From NCBI GenBank assembly GCA_965219505.1, contig OZ244775.1, positions 1,101,929 to 1,165,928 of the forward strand: DNA of 64,000 nt. The letters run 5' to 3'. The position numbers were made by a program, and so were the translations under genes. The DNA comes from Chloroflexota bacterium (GTDB lineage: Bacteria; Chloroflexota; UBA11872; VXOZ01). The stretch's first letter is position 1. Every line of letters starts with the position of its first letter. Below, one piece after another: positions 53,302-64,000 of this stretch. The notes below the pieces were generated by a model, which saw only the letters and a program-made list of their open reading frames with translations, was not told where the DNA came from and searched no databases.

Positions 53302-53691
53302 CTAATTTGCCTCCACTGCACTGCGTATGAGCGTTATTTGGGGTGAAGACCTTGGGCTGCCGAAAACAGCTACCACGTCGATACGCCATTGCCCGTCGAT
53401 TTGTTCTGTGTCCAGCAGATAGTGCTGGGCCGCCGCGATGATGTGCGCAGCTTTGGCCGCAGTCACGGCCGCTTGGGGAGGCCCGAAACTGGTCGTACGC
53501 CGGGTCTTTACCTCAACAAACACGATGGCGTCGCCATCACGCGCAACAATGTCCAATTCCCCCGCAGGCGTGCGATAGTTGCGGGTGAGAATTGTGTAGC
53601 CCTGTACGGCTAGGTAGCGGGCCGCCTCTTCCTCTCCCCACCGTCCGATGGCCTGGCGCAGCTTGCTCGCTCTCATTGTTCGGCTTTCCAC
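53302..53691 (-). CDS. yraN: YraN-family (UPF0102) endonuclease
   Basis: GEEEAARYLAVQGYTILTRNYRTPAGELDIVARDGDAIVFVEVKTRRT. Confidence 0.85.
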   Translation of the reverse strand: MESRTMRASKLRQAIGRWGEEEAARYLAVQGYTILTRNYRTPAGELDIVARDGDAIVFVEVKTRRTTSFGPPQAAVTAAKAAHIIAAAQHYLLDTEQIDGQWRIDVVAVFGSPRSSPQITLIRSAVEAN

Positions 53692-54455
53692 TGCGGGGTC
53701 TGCCTTTCGGGAGCGGTTCCTGCCACCGCTGCAATGATTTCACGGTTGGGGTCATGAAGCTTGCGCGTTTCTTCTGCGTCCAGAGTGGAGTTTTGGGCCG
53801 CGTGTGTTGGGTGAAGAAGCTGGGATGCGGCGCGCATGACGGGGCGAAAGGAGGTTCGATGAATGGCGCAGGGGCCAACGTGGGACAATGCCAGTTGATG
53901 CCTGCGCGTGCCATATCCCTTGTGGTTGGCAAAGTCATAGCAGGGATAGACGTGATCGAAGCGGCGCATCAGCCGGTCGCGATGCACTTTGGCCAGAATT
54001 GAGGCCATGGCGACAGAGAGACAGCGCTGGTCGGCCTTGGGGTGGGATTCTACACGCACCGGTGGGTTGCGCAGCGTCACGGCGTCAGTGAGGAGGATAT
54101 CCGGAGCGCGCTGGAGCTTGGAAATGAGGTCTGCGTAGGCACGCCGGATGGCAAGACGTACGGCGGCGCCTAAGCCGGCACCCGCAATCTCGCGAGATGT
54201 CGCGGCACCTAAGCCCCATGCGGCGACGTGCGCCATGACACTGGGTGCGAGCGCCGTGCGCTGCTTCGGACTAAGAAGCTTGGAATCGTCAATGCCATGC
54301 AATTCGACTGGCAGCGATTGGTAAAGCTTTGGGGGAACGGCAACCATACCAGCCACAACGGGACCGGCCCAAGCGCCACGACCGACTTCATCCGTACCGG
54401 CAATCAACGTAGCACCGCGGTCCAACCAAGACCATTCTATTGCTAGGTTATTCAT
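53673..54455 (-). CDS. rnhB: Ribonuclease HII
   Basis: LIAGTDEVGRGAWAGPVVAGMVAV ... DDSKLLSPKQR ... start taken at MNNLAIEW. Confidence 0.85.
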   Translation of the reverse strand: MNNLAIEWSWLDRGATLIAGTDEVGRGAWAGPVVAGMVAVPPKLYQSLPVELHGIDDSKLLSPKQRTALAPSVMAHVAAWGLGAATSREIAGAGLGAAVRLAIRRAYADLISKLQRAPDILLTDAVTLRNPPVRVESHPKADQRCLSVAMASILAKVHRDRLMRRFDHVYPCYDFANHKGYGTRRHQLALSHVGPCAIHRTSFRPVMRAASQLLHPTHAAQNSTLDAEETRKLHDPNREIIAAVAGTAPERQTPQWKAEQ

Positions 54456-54532
54456 GCGAACGGATGTACGCATTACACAACAATGCCCGCTGGTATTCAC
54501 GCTAGCGGGCATTCCTTCCTGTAGGGTGTGTA

Positions 54533-54877
54533 CTATCTGCGTTCCTTGATACGTGCGGCTTTGCCGACACGATCACGGAGATAGTACAGCTTCGCACGTC
54601 GTACCCTTCCTCGGCGCACGACACTAACACTCTCGATGCGAGGAGAATGGAGCAAGAATGTCCGTTCTACGCCGATGCCGTGTGTGGTGCGACGTACAGT
54701 GAAACTCTCATTTATGCCTGAGGCGCGACGTGAGAGTACCATTCCTTCAAAGGCCTGAGTGCGCTCGCGACCGCTCTCTACAACCTTTACGTTTACGCGC
54801 ACCGTATCTCCGGGGGAAAACTCAGGCAGGTCGGATTTTAGCTGCGATTCTACAATTTCGTCTATAATTGTTGTCAT
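54533..54877 (-). CDS. rplS: 50S ribosomal protein L19
   Basis: Full-length match to L19 ([32 protein letters not shown]...). Confidence 0.95.
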   Translation of the reverse strand: MTTIIDEIVESQLKSDLPEFSPGDTVRVNVKVVESGRERTQAFEGMVLSRRASGINESFTVRRTTHGIGVERTFLLHSPRIESVSVVRRGRVRRAKLYYLRDRVGKAARIKERR

Positions 54878-54926
54878 CTTTGTTTCTCATAGCTTTTCCT
54901 ACATACACTCTTGCTACAGTAGCACA

Positions 54927-55685
54927 TTAGTCGGTGGATTCGCAATTTGCGGCCGATTCGCGATTTGCCTCCGAGGCTACGAGGCTCCTGTCTGCTTCGC
55001 TCAAATCGGCGCTCGCAAGCAGTTCGGGCCGACGCTCGCCCGTGCGCAAGAGCGACTGTTGACGGCGCCACTTCTCGATTACTTGGTGATTGCCTGAGAG
55101 CAAGACCTCAGGCACGTGCATCCCTTGATAAGAGGCGGGTCGCGTGTAGTGTGGATACTCCAAGAGTCCCGTGGCGTACGACTCCTCACGGACGGCGGCA
55201 AGCCCGCCGCCAAGCACGTCGGGCAGGTGCCGGGCGGTTGCGTCGAGCACCACGAGTGCGGGTAACTCGCCACCGCTTACAACGTAGTTTCCAATGGAGA
55301 TTTCGTCATCTGCCAGATGGGTCGCTACCCGCTCGTCCACACCCTCATAGCGCCCACAGAGCAAGATGAGGTGCCGAGGGGCCGCCAAGTCTGTGGCGAT
55401 TTGTTGGGTAAGAAGGCGACCGGAAGGGCTAAGCAGAATGACACGTGAATCCGACGTCTTGAGGTCCGCGACCGCACGGAAGAACGGTTCCGGCTTCATG
55501 ACCATGCCGGTGCCGCCGCCAAAAGTGTAATCGTCCGTGACCCTGTGCTTGCCCACGGCCCAGTTGCGTAGATTGTGTACGACAACGGTGAGGTGCCCGC
55601 CCTGCACGGCGCGGCTGAGCGTGCCATATTCGAGCGGCCCGCGAAAGTAGCCTGGGAAGAGGGTGAGGATGTCTACACGCTGCAT
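54927..55685 (-). CDS. trmD: tRNA (guanine37-N1)-methyltransferase
   Basis: MQRVDILTLFPGYF...DDYTFGGGTGMVMKPEP... SPOUT knot signature. Confidence 0.9.
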   Translation of the reverse strand: MQRVDILTLFPGYFRGPLEYGTLSRAVQGGHLTVVVHNLRNWAVGKHRVTDDYTFGGGTGMVMKPEPFFRAVADLKTSDSRVILLSPSGRLLTQQIATDLAAPRHLILLCGRYEGVDERVATHLADDEISIGNYVVSGGELPALVVLDATARHLPDVLGGGLAAVREESYATGLLEYPHYTRPASYQGMHVPEVLLSGNHQVIEKWRRQQSLLRTGERRPELLASADLSEADRSLVASEANRESAANCESTD

Positions 55686-55936
55686 GTGCCTTGTTAGCAG
55701 TCTTCTTGGGTTGCTGCTGGGTTTCACATTTGGGCCGGTAGCGTTGTGAGTAAACTCATGCAGCCGCCTTGCCCGTTTACTCTAGCGACCGGCCGAAAAG
55801 TGACCAGTTATCCTCTTATGCGAACCGACTGGTTCCCATGGTTCATTGTCACCCGGGAGGTAAGTATGGAGCAATGAGAGGGAAGGTTACTCTTGTCTAA
55901 TTTGGCGCAAGCCAGAAGGGCGCGTCCGGTCGAAAT

Positions 55937-56524
55937 TCAATCGGGCACTAAACCGGGTATGAGGTGAACGACTATGCGTTGCGTTTCCAAATCAATGGTG
56001 TGTACTACCTCGGCGATAGCGGGCAGAAGCATTTCTTCAGTCTGATCGCCGCGCACAATATAGACGTCGTTGCTGCCGGTAGTAATGATCTCAGCGACGG
56101 TGCCGAGATAGCAGTCATCAACGGTGTAGACTCCCAGTCCCTTTATCTGGTGGTGATGGAAGCTGCCGGCAGGGAGGGGCGGCATATCAGCTTCGGGGAG
56201 CGCGATGTACGAGCGGGCAAGCAAGCTAGCAGTGTCACGGAAGTCAATGCCAACGAGCTTCAGCAGCGCGCCTTTTGGTGTAAAGCGCACTCTCTCTACC
56301 TCATGCGGGGCATGCGTGTCCCCGATGTACAGACGCCTGAGATTCTGAAAGCGCTCGGGGAAGTCGGTAAGAATATCTACACGAATTTCGCCCCGCACAC
56401 CGTGGGGGGCCGTCACCCGCCCGATGATGATCCAGCCATCGTACGCGTCGCTCCGCTCTACCGCAGTTGCTACTTTAGCGGCGAACCGTCCATCATTCAG
56501 GTTAGATGATGTCAAGGGCGACAC
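55937..56524 (-). CDS. rimM: 16S rRNA processing protein RimM
   Basis: IIIGRVTAPHGVRGEIRVDILTDFPERF ... PRC-barrel C-terminus; conserved position between the KH gene and trmD. Confidence 0.85.
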   Translation of the reverse strand: MSPLTSSNLNDGRFAAKVATAVERSDAYDGWIIIGRVTAPHGVRGEIRVDILTDFPERFQNLRRLYIGDTHAPHEVERVRFTPKGALLKLVGIDFRDTASLLARSYIALPEADMPPLPAGSFHHHQIKGLGVYTVDDCYLGTVAEIITTGSNDVYIVRGDQTEEMLLPAIAEVVHTIDLETQRIVVHLIPGLVPD

Positions 56525-56837
56525 GTCGGCTCGATTCTCCAGCCGCCGCGCGCATTACCGTGCGTAACGCCTGCGCAATACGACCGTCTTTGCCAATAAC
56601 TCGTCCTTTGTCTTCCTCAGCGACGCGTAGTTCGTACACCACAGCCTGGGACCGTACGAGTTCTCGCACCTGAACGGCGTCGACGTTGCGGACCAAGCCG
56701 TAGGCGACGAACTCGATGAGGCCAGTCAAGGCCGGGACCGTGCCGCTGTCCCCGCGATAGTCGCGGCCACCGCCGCCCCACTGCCGCGGGCCCCGACGCC
56801 CACCGTCACGAGGTCTGCCGGACTGCCTTTGATACAT
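56502..56837 (-). CDS. KH-domain RNA-binding protein (YlqC/UPF0109-like) with RGG-rich N-terminus
   Basis: LIEFVAYGLVRNVDAVQVREL...ELRVAEEDKGRVIGKDGRIAQALRTVMRAAA. Start taken at ATG 56837, directly after the rpsP stop. Confidence 0.75.
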   Translation of the reverse strand: MYQRQSGRPRDGGRRGPRQWGGGGRDYRGDSGTVPALTGLIEFVAYGLVRNVDAVQVRELVRSQAVVYELRVAEEDKGRVIGKDGRIAQALRTVMRAAAGESSRRVALDII

Positions 56838-56839
56838 CC

Positions 56840-57082
56840 TCAAGTCTCCAATCCGGCAATCTTGAGCAGCTTCCGCACGCGGTCTGAGGGCTGTGCGCCT
56901 TGCTGCAACCACTTTTGCGCCCGCTCCGTATCGATCTCGACGGTAGAAGGCTCGGTCTGAGGGTTGTAATGCCCCAGCAATTCTACGTGACGCCCATTGC
57001 GCGCCACCCTGGCGTCAGCTACGACAACCCGATAATGGGGCTGCTTTTTCTTACCAATTCGAACAAGACGGATCCTAAGCAA
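56840..57082 (-). CDS. rpsP: 30S ribosomal protein S16
   Basis: MLRIRLVRIGKKKQPHYRVVVADARVARNGRHVELLGHYNP. Confidence 0.95.
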   Translation of the reverse strand: MLRIRLVRIGKKKQPHYRVVVADARVARNGRHVELLGHYNPQTEPSTVEIDTERAQKWLQQGAQPSDRVRKLLKIAGLET

Positions 57083-57264
57083 AGCGCTTTTCCTCCTTCA
57101 CCGAATGTTTTGTCACGTTGGTTCCTCAATTGCACGCCCTTGCATGCTCTAGTTGCCAATTCTGTTGGACCTGGCCATCAATCCTCAGATGCCCGCAGCT
57201 CTACCGCCCGCCACAATCTGTCTACGGACAGATAGCCATAGCCAAAGGCACGTGGGAATACTGT

Positions 57265-57693
57265 CTAGCTATCCTTATAATCTTCACGTGGCGGCGAAAA
57301 GATGTCCAGGACAACGGTAGGCTCGTCAGCAGTGGCGGCATGCGGCGTATTGCCGGGTATCACATACGTCTCTCCCGGCTTGAGTATCAACAACTCCTCG
57401 CCAATGGTCAGCTTCAGGGTGCCTTCCAGCACATACCCGGTCTGTTCATTTGGGTGATTGTGCAAGGGTACGTCGCCGCCGGGAGCAAAGATGATCTGGC
57501 AAATCATGGCCTTATCGCCATATGCCAGTGTCTTGCGGTGAACACCCGCAAACATTTCTACCGGATCTACATAGGCTGCATTTGCACGCATTGACTCGCT
57601 TGCTCCAGCAATCAACACATTCAGGACATACAAAACTTGCGCCCCATAATTGGCGGTCTGCTTAATCCTATCAAAAGCGCTTTCTAACGACAA
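57265..57693 (-). CDS. Cupin-domain protein
   Basis: [46 protein letters not shown] (two-His cupin motifs). Confidence 0.7.
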   Translation of the reverse strand: MSLESAFDRIKQTANYGAQVLYVLNVLIAGASESMRANAAYVDPVEMFAGVHRKTLAYGDKAMICQIIFAPGGDVPLHNHPNEQTGYVLEGTLKLTIGEELLILKPGETYVIPGNTPHAATADEPTVVLDIFSPPREDYKDS

Positions 57694-58431
57694 GTGACGT
57701 TGTCATTTCATAGGCTCAGTGCTACGATGAGAGTGTCTATTCGTCCGCTATTCAGCCTGTCCGACGCGAGGTCAGATTTGCTTGCCCAGCTAGGAAACCC
57801 GGCGGTATTTCTCGGTCTGCTCCTTGCGCTCGTGGTTGGTATCTCCGTGCATGAGTTTAGTCATGCTTGGATGGCTAACCGGCTTGGCGATCCTACTGCT
57901 AGTTCTCAGGGAAGGCTGACGCTGAATCCTCTCTCCCATCTAGACCTGATGGGAACCATTATGATCCTCCTTATCGGCTTTGGCTGGGGAAAGCCAGTGC
58001 CCTACAATCCGGCCAACCTACGCAACGGCCCTATTTCAGGAGGAGCCATGGTGGCTGCCGCAGGCCCGGCGGCCAACCTCGTTGTCGCGGCCGCGATTGG
58101 CTTCCTCATCCGGAACCTGATCTCCTCACTCGATGCCACTACTGGCAGCACCACAGTGGCAATAATAACGATGCTGGCCATCGTCGTGCAGATCAATGTC
58201 GCTCTGGCCGTATTCAACATTATCCCGATCCCGCCCTTAGATGGATACCGCATACTTCTGCGCTTCTTGCCACGGCACGTAGTACCTTCCATTTCGAGGT
58301 TTGAGCTGCAAGGTCCCTTTATCTTGCTCATTATCGTCCTCTTGGACCAATGGTTCCTGCGGATTGGGATTTTTCAAGCAATCCTCGGCCCTCCGGTCAC
58401 TTTCTTTATGCGCCTCTTCTTGGGTTCATGA
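57694..58431 (+). CDS. Site-2 protease family (M50) membrane zinc metalloprotease
   Basis: HExxH in a TM helix ([17 protein letters not shown]) and multiple TM segments; possible start at 57727. Confidence 0.75.
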   Translation: MTLSFHRLSATMRVSIRPLFSLSDARSDLLAQLGNPAVFLGLLLALVVGISVHEFSHAWMANRLGDPTASSQGRLTLNPLSHLDLMGTIMILLIGFGWGKPVPYNPANLRNGPISGGAMVAAAGPAANLVVAAAIGFLIRNLISSLDATTGSTTVAIITMLAIVVQINVALAVFNIIPIPPLDGYRILLRFLPRHVVPSISRFELQGPFILLIIVLLDQWFLRIGIFQAILGPPVTFFMRLFLGS

Positions 58432-58432
58432 T

Positions 58433-59221
58433 ATGGGGTCCCCATTACCCTCCGTTCGCCTGGCCATCTTTGAAGGGCCCCTGGACGTTTTGTTACGGCT
58501 CATCCAGGAACAGAAACTGGACATAACGGAACTGTCTCTCGTAATGGTTACGAAGCAGTTCCTCGAGTACGTGCACAGCATGAAGGATCAGGACGGGCCG
58601 CTGCTCGCGGCGTTCCTTCGCGTGGCAGCCCAACTCATGCTAGGAAAGTCCCAGGCCCTGTTACACGAGCCTCAGGACACACTGGAAGAGACAGAGGAGT
58701 CCCTAGAGGACCAATTGCGCGGTTATGAGCGGTTCAAGCGGTTGATGAAGACGGTTGCCGCCTGGCAGGAGGAGTGCGACGTCGCATACCAGCGCACTGC
58801 GGCTGCACCGCTGCCGCTGCCGCTACTGCAGTCAGAGCTTGTACATTATGCGACTGATGACCTCGTGAGTGCGCTTGCCGCAATGCTGGAGGAGAAGGAA
58901 GACGAGCTACCGGCTGTGGCGCGGCGTACGGTGCACATCGAGACGTACGTTAATCGTATCGGGACTCTCCTTGTGCTTCACGGCCAAACCGGATTCCGCG
59001 AGCTCATTGAACCCGCGGAGTCTTTGGAGGAAATCGTGGTGGCGTTCTTGGCTGTGCTGGAGTTTCTGCAATTGCGCAGGGCTACGGTACGACAGACCGA
59101 ACTCTACGCGGATATCCTTATCCTGCCGATAGACGCTGGGCAGGCAGATGGTCTTGTGGGGGGCCCGATCGCTCGGCCGACTCGCGACACTGCCGACGGT
59201 GTTCCCAATCTGGGAAGGTAA
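58433..59221 (+). CDS. scpA: Segregation and condensation protein A
   Basis: VRLAIFEGPLDVLLRLIQEQKLDITELSLVMVTKQFLEYV. ATG at 58433, directly after the M50 stop. Confidence 0.85.
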   Translation: MGSPLPSVRLAIFEGPLDVLLRLIQEQKLDITELSLVMVTKQFLEYVHSMKDQDGPLLAAFLRVAAQLMLGKSQALLHEPQDTLEETEESLEDQLRGYERFKRLMKTVAAWQEECDVAYQRTAAAPLPLPLLQSELVHYATDDLVSALAAMLEEKEDELPAVARRTVHIETYVNRIGTLLVLHGQTGFRELIEPAESLEEIVVAFLAVLEFLQLRRATVRQTELYADILILPIDAGQADGLVGGPIARPTRDTADGVPNLGR

Positions 59222-59225
59222 ACAT

Positions 59226-59792
59226 ATGCCGTTGCCACTTGCCGCTCTGCTTGAGGGGCTCTTGTTTGCCGCTGAGCGGCCGCTGACCGTCCAGGAGTTA
59301 GCGCGGATTGCGGGTGAACCTACGCGGACCGTGGCAGCGGCACTAAGAGAACTCAAGATTGCCTGGCATGACCGGGGGATTCTGTTGCAGGAGCAGAACG
59401 ACGCTTTCTTACTCGTCTCGCATCCAGACGTGGCGCCGTATATTCGCACGCTGCTCGGTATGCACCGTAGGGAGCGGCTCTCTCGCGCAGCCCTGGAAAC
59501 CCTCGCCGTGATTGCCTACTATCAGCCGGTAACGCGTGCAGAAATTGAACGTATTCGAGGGGTAAACTCGGACCACACGTTGGCTGCGTTGCTCCGTCGC
59601 GAGTTGGTAGTTGCGGGCGAGAGACGCCCTACACCGGGCAGACCGATTGAGTACAGTACTACGTTCGAGTTCCTAAAGTACTTCGGTCTTCCCAGCTTGG
59701 AGGACTTACCGGAACGGGAGCGATTCCTACTTGAACTGGCAGAGCCAAGCGATGGAGAGGCCGCTCCGGCGTCGCGGTCAATGGAGTCCTAG
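59226..59792 (+). CDS. scpB: Segregation and condensation protein B
   Basis: LEGLLFAAERPLTVQELARIAGEPTRTVAAALRELKIAWHDRGILLQE ... YYQPVTRAEIERIRGVNSDHTLAALLRRELV (two winged-helix repeats). Confidence 0.85.
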   Translation: MPLPLAALLEGLLFAAERPLTVQELARIAGEPTRTVAAALRELKIAWHDRGILLQEQNDAFLLVSHPDVAPYIRTLLGMHRRERLSRAALETLAVIAYYQPVTRAEIERIRGVNSDHTLAALLRRELVVAGERRPTPGRPIEYSTTFEFLKYFGLPSLEDLPERERFLLELAEPSDGEAAPASRSMES

Positions 59793-60193
59793 CGCTTCGT
59801 GTACTGAGGCGCCTTGCGTGCGCGTTTAAGACCGTACTTCTTGCGCTCCTTGACACGGGCGTCGCGCGTGAGCATCCCGGACTTGCGCAACGAGAGGCGA
59901 TACTGGTCATTCGCGTTGACTAGCGCTCGCGCCACTCCGTGTCGAATCGCTTCGGCCTGTCCGCTGATGCCGCCGCCGATCACTTTTACCGACACACGAA
60001 AGCTGGCGCCAACCAGGTCAAGTGGTTCCTGCACGACGTTTTGGTGCAAGATGCGCGGAAAATAGTCCTCGAACGGCCGGCCGTTTACTACGATACCGCG
60101 TTCGCCGCCATAGAGACGGATACGAGCCACGGCCTCCTTGCGCCGCCCCACTCCTACGTAGTACGGGGCGTTACCATCACTACTCATCGGCAT
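59789..60193 (-). CDS. rpsI: 30S ribosomal protein S9
   Basis: [17 protein letters not shown]...[10 protein letters not shown]. Confidence 0.95.
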   Translation of the reverse strand: MPMSSDGNAPYYVGVGRRKEAVARIRLYGGERGIVVNGRPFEDYFPRILHQNVVQEPLDLVGASFRVSVKVIGGGISGQAEAIRHGVARALVNANDQYRLSLRKSGMLTRDARVKERKKYGLKRARKAPQYTKR

Positions 60194-60644
60194 TTGCTCC
60201 TGTCATGCTCACGAGAAATGGCTCAGGCTGTTGGGCATCGTGCGGATGGTCGGGCCCGCCATAGACTTTCAGCTTCCTAAACATAGCACGCCCCAAGCGG
60301 TTGTGGGGGAGCATTCCCCGCACAGCATGCTCAATGACTCGATGTGGGCGCCGCTCCAACTGGTCTTCCAAGAGGATCGCAGTGAGGCCGCCGGGATAAC
60401 CGGTATGACGGTAGTACGTCTTCTGCTCGCGTTTGCGGCCGGTGACAGCGACTTTGGCAGCGTTGACCACAATTACGTAGTCTCCGGTGTCAATATTTGG
60501 AGCGTACTGGGGCTTGTGCTTGCCCCGCAGCACGTGCGCAATGCGTGTCGCGAGTCTGCCGAGGGTTTTTCCCGTGGCATCAACCACATACCAACGATGC
60601 TCTATGTCATCGGGTCGTGTCACGGGGGTTACCGAGGTCTTCAT
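60180..60644 (-). CDS. rplM: 50S ribosomal protein L13
   Basis: [45 protein letters not shown]. Confidence 0.95.
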   Translation of the reverse strand: MKTSVTPVTRPDDIEHRWYVVDATGKTLGRLATRIAHVLRGKHKPQYAPNIDTGDYVIVVNAAKVAVTGRKREQKTYYRHTGYPGGLTAILLEDQLERRPHRVIEHAVRGMLPHNRLGRAMFRKLKVYGGPDHPHDAQQPEPFLVSMTGANADE

Positions 60645-61399
60645 GTCTGTTGGTCCTCTTTTGTCCTCTTTGGGGCGAACGTATCCGGGTAAGTTACCCG
60701 GATCAAGAAAAGCCCTTTGGCGGGAGTTGTGGGCCCTGCCAGTGCCTTGTTTCCAGCGGCCAGTACTTGTTCCATGTGTTCAGTCGGCTTTCGCCCTTCT
60801 CCGATTTCCAACGCAGTCCCAACAATTCGCCGCATCATGTGGCGTATGAACGCATTTGCTTCCACCTTGATACGCACCGTATCTCCACTTCGGCGGCACG
60901 TAGCATACGTTACGTTTCGTACGGTGCTAGCGCCTGGTTCTTCTCCCCCGGCAAAGGCCCGAAAATCATGCGTTCCGACCAGACTTTGCATAGCCGCATG
61001 CATCGCTTCGGTGTCCAGCAGTCTACTTCGATGAAGGGCGAAGCGATGCCGGATTGGAGACCGGGTTGGATTGTTCAAGATGTCGTATCGGTAACACCTG
61101 CTTGTTGCGCTGTACCGGGCATGAAATCCCGGTTCTGCATGTTCCAACTCGGCCACGGCAATTGTATCCGGCAAGACCGCGTTCAGTGCTCGTTCAAGGG
61201 CAGCGGGCGGATTTTGCCAACCCGATAGAAAATGTATGACCTGCCCGGTGGCGTGTACGCCTGCATCCGTTCGACCTGCAGCCACCACACGAGTTGGCTG
61301 CTGCGTAATGCGCTCGATTGCCTTCTCCAGCTCCTCCTGTACAGTTGGCTTGCCAACCTGCACCTGAAACCCATTGTATGGTGTGCCGTCGTACGCCAC
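60641..61399 (-). CDS. truA: tRNA pseudouridine(38-40) synthase TruA
   Basis: [14 protein letters not shown]...[18 protein letters not shown]. Confidence 0.9.
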   Translation of the reverse strand: MAYDGTPYNGFQVQVGKPTVQEELEKAIERITQQPTRVVAAGRTDAGVHATGQVIHFLSGWQNPPAALERALNAVLPDTIAVAELEHAEPGFHARYSATSRCYRYDILNNPTRSPIRHRFALHRSRLLDTEAMHAAMQSLVGTHDFRAFAGGEEPGASTVRNVTYATCRRSGDTVRIKVEANAFIRHMMRRIVGTALEIGEGRKPTEHMEQVLAAGNKALAGPTTPAKGLFLIRVTYPDTFAPKRTKEDQQT

Positions 61400-61543
61400 A
61401 CGGCAGCGGAACGTATCGGTGTCACTTGCCGCTAAACGAGCGCCTATTCTGTTTTCCTTCTTGCATGCCCTTTCGTTCGCCGCTTGCCTATTCTACATGA
61501 TAAGAGTGCGCATGGGGCTTACTTTGGCCCTAATTTAGGAATG

Positions 61544-61897
61544 TTACTCTACCAATTTAACCATCATTATAGGCGCGCCATCGCCCCGTCGCGTGCCAAG
61601 CCGCAAGGTACGCGTATACCCGCCCGACCTGTCAGCATAGCGTGGCCCAAGTTCATCAAAGAGATGATGCACAGCCTTTTGATGCGGGAGACGCGAGAGC
61701 GCTAGTCGCCGGGCATGCAAATCGCCACGCTTAGCGAGCGTGATCAGCCGCTCCACGCGCGAGCGCACCTCTTTGGCGCGTGCCGTCGTAGTGTGCACCT
61801 CGCCGTTCAGGACAAGCGTGCTGAGCAAGTTTCGGCAAAGTGCTTCCCGCTTGCCCTTATCCCGGTTTAGCCTTCGAACGTAAACTCTCTTTCTCAC
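61544..61897 (-). CDS. rplQ: 50S ribosomal protein L17
   Basis: MRKRVYVRRLNRDKGKREALCRNLLSTLVLNGEVHTTTARAKE. Confidence 0.95.
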   Translation of the reverse strand: MRKRVYVRRLNRDKGKREALCRNLLSTLVLNGEVHTTTARAKEVRSRVERLITLAKRGDLHARRLALSRLPHQKAVHHLFDELGPRYADRSGGYTRTLRLGTRRGDGAPIMMVKLVE

Positions 61898-62859
61898 ACG
61901 GGCACCTCCTCTACTTCCTCGGCACCGCCTGTACCATTAGATTCCGTTAGAAAGAGGTCACTCTGTGCCAGTCTTTCTTTGACCTCGGACAGAGTTTTTG
62001 CGCCCAGCCCCTGAATTTTCAAGAGGTTATCTTCATCCATAGCGAGCAGTTGCTCTACGGTACTTATGCCGCCACGCCGCAGCGCGTTGTAGGCGCGGTT
62101 CTGCAATTGCAGGGATTCAAGTGGCGTCGACGTAATCGGATCCGGGCGGGCGATCCCTACTTCGATTCGTTGCGCGAGGGGATGGAAGTCGCGGATAAGC
62201 GAGAAATAGTCGCATAGTATCTGCCCGCTCTGGCCCAGCGCCGTTTCCGGAGTGAGCGTGCCATCAGTCCACACGCGGAGGATGAGTGCGTCCAGGTCAG
62301 TCACCTGACCGACGCGGGCGTGTTCCACGCGGTACTCTACGCGCCGGATTGGCGTGAAGATTGCGTCTACGGGCACTATACCGATTGGCGTATCTTCCTG
62401 TGTGTCGGAAAGCGTAAAGCCGATACCCTGTTCTACCGTCAAACTCATTTCCAGTTCGGCACTATCAGAATCAAGTGTCGCAATCAGCTGATCAGGATTG
62501 ACAATACTGACCTCAGGCGGACACTGGATATCCGAGGCAGTTACAATGCCTTCGCGGTTGACGGATATGTTGAGCTCGATCGGATTATCGGCCGAGGATG
62601 TCAATCGAATGCGCTTGATGTTTAATATGATCTGTGTGACATCTTCAGTCACACCGGGAATATCAGCGAACTCGTGGAGGACCCCCGTAATTCGGATGGA
62701 CGAGATAGCAGCGCCGGGAAGCGATGAAAGGAGCACCCGTCGCATAGCATTGCCTAACGTGTGGCCATACCCACGTTTTAGCGGCTCAATGCGGAAATGG
62801 CCGTAATTCTCTTCACTTTCAATGATTCTGACTTCAGGTTGAACTTCCTGCAGTTCCAA
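61894..62859 (-). CDS. rpoA: DNA-directed RNA polymerase alpha subunit
   Basis: N-terminal dimerisation domain plus C-terminal CTD (SLESLQLQNRAYNALRRGGISTVEQLL). Confidence 0.95.
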   Translation of the reverse strand: MELQEVQPEVRIIESEENYGHFRIEPLKRGYGHTLGNAMRRVLLSSLPGAAISSIRITGVLHEFADIPGVTEDVTQIILNIKRIRLTSSADNPIELNISVNREGIVTASDIQCPPEVSIVNPDQLIATLDSDSAELEMSLTVEQGIGFTLSDTQEDTPIGIVPVDAIFTPIRRVEYRVEHARVGQVTDLDALILRVWTDGTLTPETALGQSGQILCDYFSLIRDFHPLAQRIEVGIARPDPITSTPLESLQLQNRAYNALRRGGISTVEQLLAMDEDNLLKIQGLGAKTLSEVKERLAQSDLFLTESNGTGGAEEVEEVPV

Positions 62860-62947
62860 TGGGAATTACCTCCCAATACACAGATATGCTCGTGACTTTG
62901 CGTCGTGCGGCCCAAAGTGCCGGCGCCACTAGAATGGTGCGGTCAAC

Positions 62948-63577
62948 CTACCGCCGAGAGTAATACTCAACGATCAATTGCTCGTTGAGGTCAGCGTCGA
63001 TCTCTTGGCGTGTCGGCAAGGAAAGCACTTTACCTTCTAGCTTTTCGCGGTCAAGGGAGAGCCAATTCGGCACTGCTACCGAATTCAGCCGTTCCGCGGC
63101 GATTTTGAAGTATTCGTTGTTACGGCTATTTGAATTGACGCCGATCACGTCCCCTTCCCCAATGAGAGCCGAAGGAATATCGCACTTGCGGCCATTGAGT
63201 GCAAAGTGACCGTGGCGCACAATCTGTCGCGCAGCAGCGCGTGACGAAGCGAAACCAAGACGATAGACTACATTGTCAAGCCGACTCTCGAGCAGTTGGA
63301 GGAGGGTAGACCCCGTCACACCAGGGCGTGACGTGGCAAGCTCGAAATACTTGCGAAACTGGCGCTCGAATATGCCATACATGCGCCGTGCTTTTTGCTT
63401 TTCCCGCAAGCGCACGCCGTAGTCTGACAGCCGGCGTCGCATTGCACCGTGCATACCCGGGGGATTCCTTCGTTTCTCAACCGGGCACTTTGGTGTGAAG
63501 CATTTGTCGCCTTTTAGGAACAGCTTTTGCCCTTCCCGGCGGCACAGCCGACACACGGGGCCAACATATCGTGCCAT
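62948..63577 (-). CDS. rpsD: 30S ribosomal protein S4
   Basis: [32 protein letters not shown] (zinc-ribbon N-terminus) plus S4 domain. Confidence 0.95.
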   Translation of the reverse strand: MARYVGPVCRLCRREGQKLFLKGDKCFTPKCPVEKRRNPPGMHGAMRRRLSDYGVRLREKQKARRMYGIFERQFRKYFELATSRPGVTGSTLLQLLESRLDNVVYRLGFASSRAAARQIVRHGHFALNGRKCDIPSALIGEGDVIGVNSNSRNNEYFKIAAERLNSVAVPNWLSLDREKLEGKVLSLPTRQEIDADLNEQLIVEYYSRR

Positions 63578-63604
63578 ATCCTCTCCTCAGAACTCCTGTA
63601 GTTA

Positions 63605-63994
63605 CTACACGCGCCTGCGCCGGGGCGGACGTGGGCCGTTGTGCGGAATGGGTGTTACGTCGGTAATGCTCATTACCTGCAATCCACCCGCTTGGAGCGA
63701 TCGGATCGCAGACTCCCGTCCAGACCCCGGTCCCCTTAGGGAGACTTCCACTTGCCCCATGCCAAAGTCGGCCGCCTTGCGCGCTACGGTTTCCGCCGCA
63801 ACCTGGGCGGCATACGGTGTGCCTTTGCGGGACCCTTTGAAGCCCGCCGATCCTGAGCTTGCCCAGCAAAGGGTGTTCCCGTTCATATCGGTGATTGTAA
63901 TGAGCGTGTTGTTGAACGTTGATTGAATGAACGCCTTGCCGCGTGCTACGGTGCGTCTTTCGCGCCTGCGTGGACGTGAGCGTGTTTCCGGCAT
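63605..63994 (-). CDS. rpsK: 30S ribosomal protein S11
   Basis: [46 protein letters not shown]. Confidence 0.95.
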   Translation of the reverse strand: MPETRSRPRRRERRTVARGKAFIQSTFNNTLITITDMNGNTLCWASSGSAGFKGSRKGTPYAAQVAAETVARKAADFGMGQVEVSLRGPGSGRESAIRSLQAGGLQVMSITDVTPIPHNGPRPPRRRRV

Positions 63995-64000
63995 TACCTA

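Overview
This 64-kb window comes from a high-GC (~60%) bacterial chromosome. The unlinked rRNA layout and ribosomal-protein sequences hint at a Chloroflexota or Deinococcus-Thermus-like lineage, but that is inference only. The last ~17 kb (47-64 kb) is an intact conserved core segment: NAD-dependent epimerase/dehydratase (UXS-like), FAH-family hydrolase, sfsA, ADP-ribosylglycohydrolase, yraN, rnhB, rplS-trmD-rimM-KH-rpsP, cupin, M50 protease, scpA-scpB, rpsI-rplM, truA, rplQ-rpoA-rpsD-rpsK. The first ~45 kb is accessory and heavily scarred. It holds: (i) a type I R-M pair (hsdM with an N-terminal XRE-HTH fusion, plus hsdS), divergent from a minimal CBASS-like pair (a SMODS/CD-NTase that is frameshifted, plus a Cap15-like 2TM effector); (ii) IS1595 elements bracketed by inverted, diverged paralogous segments, one of them degenerate; (iii) an imuB-dnaE2 mutasome remnant in which dnaE2 is cut down to its PHP domain; (iv) 23S-5S rRNA genes on the + strand that are unlinked from a 16S-tRNA-Ile-tRNA-Ala unit on the - strand 30 kb away; (v) degenerate IS30 and IS5 copies with in-frame TAG stops; (vi) a HEPN-motif protein on a low-GC islet; (vii) a ~9.5-kb segment bracketed by directly repeated tRNA-Ala(TGC) sequences (one copy degenerate). 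That segment carries an oxylipin-like oxygenase cluster: OYE ene-reductase with a 4Fe-4S motif, di-haem cytochrome c, cytochrome P450, and a cyclooxygenase/alpha-dioxygenase-like haem dioxygenase. At least ten genes in the accessory half carry frameshifts, in-frame stops or truncations.
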